A stretch of 64,000 nucleotides of DNA from Isurus oxyrinchus (taxonomy: Eukaryota). The DNA lies in contig JANJGN010000013.1 of assembly GCA_026770705.1 (NCBI GenBank), positions 130,572,001 to 130,636,000 on the forward strand, given 5' to 3'. Position 1 is the stretch's first letter, and each line of letters starts with the position of its first letter. Both the position numbers and the translations under genes were made by a program. Shown here piece by piece: positions 1-11,520 of this stretch. Below the pieces are notes generated by a model. The model ran no database searches and was not told the origin of the DNA. It worked only from the letters and a program-made list of their open reading frames with translations.

Positions 1-529
1 CTGCTTCTTAAATTAATCTCGTGTCCTGTAGTTAATTATACTTCCTAGCATACCGTTCCAGCTGTTGAGCATAGTTTATGCAAACTGAGTACCTGTCCTA
101 GAGCATCTGTCCTAAACTCTCACTTCACAACTCTGAACCTATACCCTTCTTTGGCCATTTGAGTATCTCTAAAAATGTTGTTCATATTTGCTTGTTTCGT
201 TCCATGAAATTTGTACAGTACCAAATACAATGTTCTTTCTGAGATATCCTCTCTCCAAAAGCTGGTTTATCAAGTTGTTCCTCATCACTGATCCTCTGAC
301 ACAAGTGATGAGGAACTAGATGCAGTCCACTGCACAGCTTTTAGGACCTGAACTGCCCACACTGTCAGCAATGTATCAGTACTCAGGGCATTATTGGATT
401 TGCACATCATTATGCTCTGCAAATACAGCATATGCCTATTCCCTGAGCTTTGCCAAACACTGTTATGCTATGGACTTGCTTGATTAGAAGTTGGGCCAAG
501 CCATGCTTATCATAGCTCTTAAGATCACT

Positions 530-650
530 GACAAGGCCAACGTTTATTGCCTATCCCTAATTGGCTCTCACAAAGTTAGTGGAGAGCTACCTTCTTGAAT
601 TGCTTCAGTTCATGTTGTGAATGTACTCCCACAGTGCTATTAGGTAAGAA
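530..650 (-). mobile_element. 3' tail fragment of the CR1/L2-group LINE family seen at 20225-20998
   Basis: tttattgcctatccctaattgg...cccacagtgctattagg is the reverse complement of that LINE tail. Confidence 0.6.
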
Positions 651-759
651 GTGTGTCATGCACATTAAATGCCACAGCAGATTTATTGAGCAAAATCTGA
701 TTTATTACTGGAAATCTTTAGTCAGGCCTCCATTTTGTGATATTAGTAATCTTTCAACT

Positions 760-1060
760 TGAGTTTGTCAGCTTAGTTCAGTTGGCAGCATGCTCACGTC
801 TGCATCGGAACATTGTGGCTTCAAACCCCCATTCTAGTATTTGGAGCACATAACACTAACATGATACTTCAGTACAGTGCTGAGGTAGTGTTGCATTGTT
901 GGAGGTGGGACCATTCAGATGAGATGTTAAAACAAGGCCTTGTCTTCCTTTTGATGGGTGTGGTGATTCCAATGATATGTTTTAAAGAAGAGCACAGAGT
1001 CTTCTGCTGCCCTTTCAATATTTAACCTTCAGATTTAGTGATCATAAAGTTGCTCTTCCC
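760..1060 (+). mobile_element. Degenerate tRNA-derived Deu-domain SINE (SacSINE1-like)
   Basis: Deu-like core cagtacagtgctgagg...cagatgagatgttaaaacaaggcc...gaagagca; similar to the copy at 44252-44690. Confidence 0.65.
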
Positions 1061-2739
1061 ACTCTTCTACATAAAAAGTCTCTGTTACGCTGTTAGCAGT
1101 TGAATGAATTTGTTTTCTCATTTTTTTGGACTCATTCAGTTTCAAACTAGTCCCCTCAGTTCTGCCAGGTGGTGAAGAAGAAAGCTATTAAATGGCATGC
1201 AATGAATTTTTTTTTGATAATTTATTGAGTAACCCAAGCATATGCACTACTTTACTACAAAAGAAATTATTACATAGTAAAAACAAAGTGTGATTGTGCA
1301 ATCTTTTAGTGAGATAAAGTTCCAATCTTAAAGACCTGCGAAAGCAGTGAGGGAGTTCATAATAAATATTATCTCTTCTCACCATGTTTTGGTTTCCTGT
1401 TATTCCAAATTAGCTGTAACAATGATGGACAGTAAAACTCATAAATGGGAATTGTTGATTTAAAGGAATTTATCAAATGCATCATAGTAGATGTGTCACA
1501 TAAATTGTGAAGCTGTCTAAATTAAATGATTATTTGCTGTTGTCACCATTAATAGGTGACACTTTTTCCCTTCCCATGTCTTCCAAGATCTTGGTCATGC
1601 TGGCCTTCATCTGGGTGATTAATTGGCTTCCTGATTGTTTCAGTATCTACTGTGTTAGGAACTTTCATTTTCTGCCCTGTCTTTTGGTGATCGAGTAAAC
1701 ACACAATCAGCTTTGTATTAAGGTCATTGATTCACGGGATTAGTGGCAGCTCAATACGCTCTTTATGAAGAAAGATTATTACAAACATCTCCTGTCAGAT
1801 GATATTTTAATAATTTAATGCACAGACTGCAGTTTTTTTTTACCCATCCGTGTCTCTCCACTCCCACGAGGGGGAGAGCCAAGATTGCAAGGTACAGGCA
1901 TGATTCTGTAGCACAGACAACAAGCAAACCTTTTAGAATGCAATGCCATTCTATTCAACCTTCCTGCTGTGGAAAACTGGATTTTAGCATTACTGTATGT
2001 TAGGGTTTAACAGAAATCCAATTTGCCAGAAATTAAATTCTGTCTGAACTATGGAGAAGCAACATGGAGTAAACCTGCTTCAGTCCTAATCGCATTGGGC
2101 AATTTTTTTTTTGGACTAGTCCAGCTGTGGAGAAATAGTTTAATAGATTTTTGTCATTTCCATTTTCCTTTTTCCTCTCGCTCCCCCCCCCCCACCCCCA
2201 CCCACCTCGCCCCCATTTTTCCCTTTCTTTTGCACCTTGAATAGATTACAGAGTTATAGAGTGATAGCAAGGCTCTCTAAGAGGAATTAACATTCTATTC
2301 AGCTTTGCATTGTATCTTTGATGCACAAAGGTGTTACAGTGTCACCACAGCAGCTCCTGTTATGGAAGATTTTAACATTTAAAATTCCACTGATTTCAAT
2401 CCAGAATTTTGTTGTTTATACCTATGAAAAGTGCATTGAAATATTACCACTACGTTCTGAGAGACTAGACGCACATGTACATGATACTATCGAGATATAT
2501 ATTATGAAAAATTAGCTCATCGCCAATTAGTTTTTAAACATAAATTATAAATAAACTGCATATTATACCACTGCTTGTAATTCTTGTTCTCAGGGAAATC
2601 GTGCAAGAGGTCTGTCCCGATGCCACTGCGGTTTATCAAGAGGATAGTTCATGCTATCGCTGCTTTAATGAGAAACCACTGGCATTTGATTCAAGGACTA
2701 CCGTACCTCAGCCTGTGTTCCAGGGAGGAGCTCACTTGA

Positions 2740-3450
2740 CACTGGCTCCCTCCACAGTTACTTACTCGGGTTGAATCAGAACTTGGGAAAACTTGATATC
2801 CTGTTCAACGCAGAACTATGGTTCTAATTCCAAAACACATCCGCTGCCAAAGTCTGCCAGCTTCCATTTCTGCAGCATCTGTCTGTACCTCGCTTCCTGC
2901 TGTATTGAAGATTTTATCCATGTTTTCATTGCCTTGATTTAATTGCTTCAGTTGCCCTTTTTGCCAGTCTCCCCAAACTGCACCTTATATAAACAACCTG
3001 TCCAAAAATCAGCTGCCCATTTCCTGCTCTGCACAAAGGCCCACTCGTCACTGATCTACACTTACTCCCAGTTCCCCAGTGCACTAAACTTAAAATCAGT
3101 TTCCTCATCTTCAAATCTTTTATGATTTTACCTCATATGAACTGTGCACCTTCCTGCAACTGTCCATCCCCTCCTGTACTGTCCGTTTCCCTGACTTTTG
3201 CCCAATTATTGGTGGTTGACCCTTTAGGCACGTTAGCATTACTCTGTGGCACTATTCTCCTGAACTCATATGCGCTTCACTTTCTCTTCCTGCCTCCAAA
3301 AGCCTTTTTGAAGTCCATCTTTTAACAAAGCTTCCTGTCACCTCCTCTATTCTGTGCCAAAATGCTCCATCAGTCAATTCCTTTTTCACCCCTGTAAAGA
3401 ACCTTAGGATTTTTGTTCCACCTTAAAGATACTATATAAACTGCAAGTTA
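2740..3450 (+). mobile_element. Decayed L2 LINE 3' end
   Basis: Similar to the minus-strand L2 copies at 53170-57100; ends in an L2-type tail (aaagatactatataaactgcaagtt). Confidence 0.6.
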
Positions 3451-3464
3451 TAAGGAACAATGAC

Positions 3465-3840
3465 ATACTTGTTATGTTATTGAACTAATATTCCAGAGGC
3501 CTACGTTTATCATCCAGAGATATGAATTCAAATCCCACAACTGCACCTGGGATACTTAGATTCAGTTAATTAAATAAATCTGGAATAAAACTCTAGAATC
3601 AGTAATGGTGACCCTAAAACTACCCAATTGTCATTAAAACCCATCGGGTTCACTAATTTCCTTCAGGAAAATAAATCTGCTGCCCTTACCCAGTCTGGCC
3701 TATATATGACTCCAGACCCACAGCAGTGTAGTTGACTCTTAACTCCTCTCTGAAATGGTCTAGTTAAGGACTGTTAGGGATGGTCAATAAATACTGGCCT
3801 TGCCAGAGATGCAAACATCCTGGCAATGAACCAAAAAACC
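3465..3840 (+). mobile_element. tRNA-related SINE with LINE-derived 3' tail
   Basis: Collinear with the copy at 51148-51495; tail ttagggatggtcaataaatactggccttgccag...catcc is shared with the LINE at 20225-20998. Confidence 0.7.
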
Positions 3841-4609
3841 GTTGTTCACGTTCTTCACTGAGCTTAAACCACCGGACTGGTTTTCTTTTAGAAAGACGAG
3901 GTGGATTTTGTCAGTTGGAGACTAAATTGTGACAAATGCACTTCATTTCATTTGCGATCCACAAATATCACTGGACCAGAGAAACGTTAGAGGTGGATGT
4001 ATTTGATAAATTACATAAGAAGAGGATTGCTATCTTATTAAATTGAAGGGACCTTTAGACCTCTGGGCTAGTTGATAATTTTGCACACAAAAGTAAGAAG
4101 CAGCGTTGAGTTCTTTATCAGCAGTATTTCAAGATAGTGAAACAGTGCAGTTGTGCTGATAGGTTGATGCAAAATCCATACTTGTGTGTATGGAGGTTGT
4201 ATTGGGGGTGGTGGTAATGAGGGGGTAGTATACAATCAGCAACATGATCCATTACTATTTATGGGATGCAAATTATTTCTACTGTACATCCATTAAACAC
4301 TAGAATTAGACTTGCCATCTCCTGCACTGGTGGGAGTTTCATGCAGGAGATTGCCGTTTCCCACCCTTCTATCAAGATCAATGCTGGTGATTCCTGGTAT
4401 TTCTCTATAAGATCGCTACTAAGGATGCCTACCTAAAAAATGTGCAGATCGAGGTGAGGAGAAGATCAACCTTGGCTTTGTACCCCACACTCTGTTCATC
4501 TGCCACCACTCATGGTCCATATTAGCTTTTGAGGAATGACCGTGTGGACAAGGTACTTAAGGGTTCCTAACCCCTGTCCAGTTGTACTCCAGCAAAATCA
4601 GTGACCTCA

Positions 4610-4970
4610 GAAGCTTTGATTTGTTTAAGGTTTAGATATAATAAATTAAGAGAAACTGTTTCTAATGATCGAAGAGTTGATAACCAGGGAGCACAGATTT
4701 AAGGTGATGGGTAAAGGATCCAGAGACAACATGAAGTAAAGCTTTTTTCACTCAACAAGTGATTAGGATTTGAACTGAGAAGATGGTGAGTACAAATTCA
4801 ATAATAGCCTTCAAAAGGGAATTTGATGAATTCTTGAAGGAGAGAAGATTGCAGGTTTATGGGGAAAGAACTAGAGAATGGGACCAACTGGATTGCTCTT
4901 AGAAAGGAGGGCTCAGACTCGATGGGTTGAATGGCCTCCATCAGTGCTGTACTGTTCTATAATTCTATAA
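4610..4970 (+). mobile_element. CR1 LINE 3' fragment
   Basis: Typical CR1 3' end (gatgggttgaatggcctcc...ttctataattctat). Confidence 0.75.
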
Positions 4971-6199
4971 GAGGGAAGAAATAGTGACAGCGAGGAAGCT
5001 GAAATGAGTGAAGAAGAAAAAAAATGATATGTTGAATGAACAAGTGTTCAAAGGTGCAGCATCAGTAAAAAAAAAACTTGCAGCTGTAAGCTTCTATGAG
5101 GCATGTTTCTAATTTCACGCTTGTATCTGTTTCACTGGCTAAACCTTAGTGGTTGATCATCTCACATGACTTCTGTTTGGACCTACTCATTTTTTTTCTT
5201 GGAGAATGCTCCTTCATTAATAAGTATTTTCTGGAAGGCTGTTTGCTTGTGAAAAATGTGCCATACTGATGAGCATAGGGCCTGCTGCAGTATACAGGCT
5301 GCACCACAAACTTGAGCCTTTATAGAGAAGAAGTATGCCCATAATCGACACAGGCTACACCTCAAGTAGATTTTGTTGCCTTTTAGATCACTTTAGTTTT
5401 TAAAATGTGCATCACTATGATATTTCACCCCAACCCTTCCATTGTAGCATCTTTGGAATATCCAAGTGAGTTCAGATCAAAACCATATTGCATGTGACAT
5501 TTGATGCATAAATCTTCTAAAATGTTTACTTCAGTAATCTGCTGCAGAACTTCTTTTGCTTGTGCTTAAAGTAAAAAAAGTACTTGATTCTGGAGGAAAC
5601 ATTTGGAAAGTACCATTTGCTGAGATTTCTGAGTGGAGACCACAATCAAATCTGTGCAGGTTTGCAACTTTGGACTGATTGGAGAGACTGTGATTGGGTT
5701 CCTGATGTGTGTCACTGAGTCCAAGATTCCACGTGCCTGCCATTTGTATTTTGGAGGGAAGGGAATCCAAACCAGCAGAAAGGATTCAAATTTTTTTCTC
5801 TCTTCATTGTCCTTTATTCATTATACAGCAAGCCCTAATGTTTGAAATCATTTGCTTTCCATTTTTATTGTGACAGAACAGAAAAATACAGAATGTATGT
5901 TTAATACCACCTGCCTTTATAAAGAGTATGCAACTGGACAACAGAATTTAATAGCAGGAGCTAGCTTCTTCAGAAAGTAATAACTAATGATGGGCCTTTC
6001 ATGATCTTCTCTCAGCACTTGTTTTTCATAAAGCCTCAATGTTGGCATAACAGGAGGCTACTTCGGACATTGTGTCCACTTTCTGATGGGATAACTCCAT
6101 TATGTAGCAATTGAAGTACTTTTTGATTTGTCCCATGTGATAATGAAATAGATTTCAGCAAATGCAGCAGCTAAAATTTGGTGGTCTTCCTCCTCAGAG

Positions 6200-6737
6200 T
6201 CATTAACGGCACAGAAGGAAGCCATTCAGCCCATTTAGTCCATGCTGGCTCTCTGTAGAGCTAACCAATTAGTCCCATTCCCCCGCACCATCCCCATAGC
6301 TGTACAAATTTATTTCCTTCGCGTCCATCCAATTTTCTTTTGGAATCATTGATCATCTCTGCTTCCACCACCTTCATGGGCAGCAAGTTTCAGATCATTT
6401 TCACTCACTACGTAATAAAGTTCTTCCTCACATCCCCACTGCATCTCTTGCCAAAAACTTATATCTGTGTCCCCAGGTCCTTGTACCATCAGGTAATGAG
6501 AACAGTTATTCCCTCTCTACCTTACCAAAACTGTCATAATCTTGTACATCTTTATCAAATCTCCCTGCAATCTCCCTTGATCTAAGGAGAACAACCCCAG
6601 TTTATCCAACCTAACCTTGTAACTAAAATCCCCCATCACTGGAGCCATTCTGGTAAATCTCCTCTACACCTTCTCAAGGACACCTACATCTTTCCCAAAA
6701 TGTGGTGACCAAAACTAGGTGCAATGCCCTGGTTGTG
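6200..6737 (-). mobile_element. CR1 LINE 3' fragment, interrupted at ~6737 and resuming at ~7568
   Basis: cacagaaggaagccattcagccc is the reverse CR1 tail; the ggttgtg|tggcctaatc continuity is split by an insertion. Confidence 0.75.
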
Positions 6738-7473
6738 TATTATGACACAGCCGATGGTAAAGGCTGAGTTGTTCAAATCCCAGAGGAAAACTTAAAACAA
6801 CTGTCATAACCCACTTTTGCAATTTGTAATTTCGAGATGCAAACTTTCAATTCTTATTTGAATAAGACCACCGAGTCTCATGGTTTTTATATAAACCTAA
6901 ATTAAATATTAATTAATTTTAAAAATTAAACGTATACACATGGCTACAAATTACTACTATAATAACTTGTTAACAAATCCCCAAATTAATCGCCACCAGG
7001 TAAATCTCCACTGAGGCAACAGTAACCCATAGACTTTAAATAGACACCAGGCAAAGCACATTTGACCTTATGAATTCCAAATGAGGTGCCTTTGCAAGTT
7101 GGTTAAAGATGTACAGGCTGGTTAGGTCTTAAATGCCTAGACCTTACACACACACACTCCTTTCTTTTTATACCTAGTTTTCCCTTTGAATGTAAATTTT
7201 CCATTGTATCACTAGGTCTTTTGAACTTCAGCTCTTCTAACAATAAAACACCTTTCACAGCACCAATTTTATTAGTAAGCTGAAAAGATAAACAGATTGT
7301 TTGGCTTCTAGCTAGGTGCAAGATTTTACCCACAGTCTTGAATGGTTTATTCGTGAAATGCAAATGATCAATTTATCTTACTGTTCTCCTTACTGTTCAC
7401 CCAATTAACATCTCAAAACCACAATAAATCAAAGCACCCAGACTAGGTGATTTTAATCCAATTAAAATACGTG

Positions 7474-7505
<32 letters not shown>

Positions 7506-7567
7506 AGAATTCTATTTTAAAGAATAATTTACAATAACATTATACACATTAATATCTCTTCATGACA
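6738..7567. mobile_element. Solo-LTR-like insertion (~830 bp) nested in CR1
   Basis: Termini tattatga...tcatgaca (degenerate TGTCATGA inverted ends); interrupts CR1; no clean 4-bp TSD. Confidence 0.55.
7477..7505. repeat. (CA)n microsatellite
   Basis: Seen directly. Confidence 0.95.
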
Positions 7568-8881
7568 TGGCCTAATCAGAGCTTATCCATCACCCTAATT
7601 TCCTGTAGTTATCTCCCTGTCTTTCCCCTTCCCATGCACCCACATGAGTAACTGTATTCTGCAGCTCATTCGTTCATTGCAGTTTGTTTGTTGATTGATC
7701 CACACGTGAGAGTGTGTACATTAAAGGAAATGAAGATTTTCATTTATATAATTTATCGCTCCTCAATGTCAAAACAATTCAAAGACAGCAAATTACTATG
7801 AAATACAAAATGATGTACCGTGTGGGCAAATGTGGCAGCTATTTTGCAGACAACAGGATCCCACAAACTTCATTTGGTGAATAATCAGATCATTTTGTAT
7901 TGGTTGGGGCACAGCACTTCTCTACAGATAACTTCTGTAACACTGATAAGATTCAACCTCTGGGGAAATAGAGTTAGCATTTGTACATTTTTACAAGGTT
8001 GCTTTGTCTTTTAACCCAAATTCTGAATGACTGTTTTTATCCTGTGCAAATATGTTTGTGAAATTATGCTGTGAAACTAGGCCTCATTGGTAATAAAGCT
8101 TAGCTTGCAAAAAAAAATCAGCATGATGCATTCACTTCTGAAATGATTGTTTGAGCTGAACTGTGCCCAGTATGACGGATTTGGAACACTGTCGCTTGCT
8201 CTTTTGAAGCAGATAAATTACGCAGGAGCACGCCTGCCTGAGGGACTCCGTGTCTAGTTCTGTATTTCCCCTTTCTATCACAATAAAAGCAGGTGGTAAT
8301 AAATGTCTTCAAACATCAGGGCTGGGAGTATAATGAGTAAATGATGGTGGAAGAGGAATACAAGAAACAAATGATGAATCCTATCTCTGCTGACAAATGA
8401 CTTTTTGATAAGTTGGCCTGCAATCAAATTAGAAAAGCCTTTCTTTATATTGAAACCCCAACTGAGCCGTTGAACAGCAATCAAAACAGCAAATAAACTA
8501 CTCAAACTATCGTGCCTAAACAAAAATGAGCCTTCAAGCTGAAACAATCAAAAATTACTATTGATTTTTACAGCTGTTGTGTTCATCTTTATTGATCCAG
8601 TAAAGAAAGATAAATCTGGTCCCAAATGAGATTACTGTACGTCAGTGCGTCAGACAACGAGACCGATTTTGAGCCATTCATCACCACGCGCAATGACCCA
8701 TGCACCCAAACCAGTTGTGCTCCTGTCTAATCACATTGCCATCGATTTGTATCTAATACAACAGACCTGGTGTCTGAAAATCATTTGCATCCTCAAACTG
8801 CTCCCTGCTGTGATGTTGGAGGGGGTGGGGGAGCCGACATGCACCTTGATGTAATTTTTACTTTCTTTATTTCCCCCCCAG

Positions 8882-8952
8882 AGTGCCCAATTCTACAAAC
8901 TGACCACTGAACAATACCAGAAGGCTGTTAGTGAAGTGGAGTCCAAGTTCAA
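8882..8952 (+). CDS. CHCHD3: CHCHD3/MIC19 internal coding exon (71 bp; SAQFYKLTTEQYQKAVSEVESKF+2 nt)
   Basis: Polypyrimidine tract and AG acceptor (tttctttatttcccccccag), GTAAGA donor at 8953. Translation closely resembles vertebrate CHCHD3 (SSEFYRVTTEQYQKAAEEVEAKFK). Ends in phase 2, matching the next exon. Confidence 0.95.
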
Positions 8953-9286
8953 GTAAGATCTAATATTACAGTTCATGTTCTTTTGAAAACTCTCTTTTTA
9001 AAAAAAAAACAAAAGAAATCTAATGGTGCCTTTAAATGCTATCTGTACACTTCAGTTCATCCAGCAATCATCAAGATACTTGCATCATTTCTCATTATAT
9101 TGATCATTTTCATTTGAAATGAAGCAGCTCAGTTAGCAGCATGGGAGTGTGCACTGCTGTTGAAATTCGCTGCTCATGCTGTAGAGCAATGCGGAGGTAA
9201 TGAGGTAGAACTTGCCCAGCACCCGATCGTTTTATTTCCTTTTCCAAATGATGATTCGGAAAAACAATCCTTAAAGTTCTGAGGTA

Positions 9287-9505
9287 AACAGAAAATTCTG
9301 GAAACGCGTATCAGATCAGTCAGCATCTGAAACAGAAAAATTCTAATAGAACTCTTCATCAGTGTGAGGGACTTGTTCCCAGTCATTATGAATGAGCCCT
9401 GGTGGATGGTTCCAAACAAGATATTAAACTGTCTTTTTCTTTTCTGTCCTGGCTGACATGCTGTGTATTTCCAGCAATTTCTGCTTTGATTTCAGACATC
9501 CAGCA
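9287..9505. mobile_element. Old head-to-head pair of Penelope-like element ends
   Basis: Left arm aaacagaaaattctggaaac...cagcatctg and right arm ...gctgtgtatttccagcaatttctgctttgatttcagacatccagc are degenerate inverted copies of the tail seen at 53547-53902. Confidence 0.5.
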
Positions 9506-11434
9506 TTCACTTCTGCTCTTAAAATTTTGCACCAGTTTACCCAAGTAAACAAGCATCATAGTTCAGCTGTGATGCTGTTAATGTAACAAATATTCTTAGT
9601 TAAAGCCAAAATTAATTTGATTAAAATGGACTGATGTGTGTGTTCCTTCTCAGAGAACTGGAATTCCATTGATAGTTTATACATTGTCTACTGTGATGGC
9701 ATTTCTGTACAGTTTAAATCTTTCATATGCTTTTGAATTATATGGAATCTACAGCATAGAAACTGGCCATTCAGCCCAAATAGCTCATGCTAGTGTTTAT
9801 GCTCCACATGAGCCACCTCCCATTCTTCTTTTCATCCAATCAACTTTTATTCCCTCGTGTGTATCCAGCTTCTCCTTAAATACATCGCACAGATGGAAAA
9901 ATGAAGCAACTCCTGTTCACCTCCTTGTTCTTAATATCTGCAGCAAGGGAGAAAAATGAACACACAGATTAAACATGTCTGTGGACACAGTAAATGTGGG
10001 TTGGGAATGGTACAGGCCAGTAATTCAATCAAATAGTTCTAATGATGCGCTGATTTGTGAGAGCAAAACTGAAGCCGTCTGCGAACCTCAGCATGATCCC
10101 AAGATTAAGCTATTGATTTACAAACTACCTGGCACTGAGTTTATTTGTTAAAATGTTAAGTCTATTATTTATATACATCTAGGTGAAGAATCAAGGCCCA
10201 TAGTGCAGGACACGTCCAAGATTGAAAAATGTAGGAGAGAAGATGAGTTAAATCAAGTAGCAGTTTGGGTTTTATAAACTTGTGGATTGGAAGAGGAAGG
10301 AGAGACTGAAGAAGGTGCGGAGCTCCACATCTTTGAGGTCCTAGGAAAGAGTGAGTTAGAGACAGTGCAATGGATCTTGATTTTAACGCAATGAGCATAT
10401 GGGAGGACAAAGAACATGTCGGGTGGTGTATTTGAAGCTTAGGAGAAGCCAGAGAGGAAAGAAAATTTCCCAAAATACACAACTGGTAACACTGTTCTCA
10501 TGCGCCATGAATGTGGTGCTTCTGTCTTTTTCCTCCACAGAAATGAATAATTTTGTGCAATATCTTTTATGTTCATGCCATATTTGTATAAAAAGAGTTG
10601 TATCATGTATCCAGAGAGCTAGACTTAATCATTAAACACAATCTCACTGACAGGATTTGATGTAATGTAAATCATAGCTGGGAAGAATGTGCATGTTAAT
10701 CTCATAGTCAGACCTCCAGAAACAAGTGGGTCATTCTTGTGCACATAAAAACATTTCCATCATATAAAGGGTCAATTAGCTGTCTGGACCATCTGTCTGA
10801 ACCTGACTCCTTAATGTAAATCCATCTTATTTAGTACCATTCAGGCTTCTGCTTTATGAGATAATATGTACAGTTGTAATTCTTTGAATAATAAAAGCAC
10901 CATTAGGAATTTTGATATTTGTTATTCATCAGGGTTTCCTCAGATGTTCCTGAGGCAATCCTAGTCATTTTCATAGAAACAGCAATACGTGAAGAGCAAT
11001 CTTTGTCCATTGTAGCATTGGATGATAGCTCTACAAAATAAACAGTATACAGAAGAGAACTGTATAAATTAAAAGTTACATTAAACAAGGCAGCTATTTA
11101 GAATGAACCCAAATATACTGAATATCTGTTGATTCTCTTTCAAATGTTATTGTAAATTTCTACAGTATTTTGTGAAATTTAATTGTGAAAAGGTTATATA
11201 TTGCATTTTTATATTGATTGTATTGTGTCATGCACAGTTAGGTACAGTTTTCCATTTATGCCAAATCCCTACTTCTGTTGCAGAAATTGCAGAGTAAAGG
11301 TTGGTTACTTAGAAGGAAAGGGAGAGTCAGACATGCACACAACAATCTTAAACATGTGCATTGCTTGAGATAGATACTGATTCCTGATGTCGAAGAACCA
11401 GTAGAGCGAGAAAAGATCATTGGAGAGTCCAGAC

Positions 11435-11520
11435 TGCTCTCTCCACAGACACTACATGATCTGCTCAGTGTTCCCAGCATTTTCTATTTCTATTTCAGAC
11501 ATCCAGCATCTGCAGGTTTT
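11435..11520 (+). mobile_element. Penelope-like element tail fragment
   Basis: ctctctccacagac...ctgctcagtgttcccagcattttctatttctatttcagacatccagcatctgcag matches the family tail. Confidence 0.6.

Noticed and set aside
2594-2774. Apparent exon after ttcttgttctcag with a 59-codon open frame (EIVQEVCPD...VTYSG*)
   Set aside because: No similarity to CHCHD3; the open frame needs phase 2 whereas this intron is phase 0; its 3' part runs into L2 sequence.
4390-4610. Ancient SINE-like repeat with probable relatives near 14270-14560, 28290-28560 and 36540-36740
   Set aside because: Similarity sensed, but too degenerate to name or delimit without a search.
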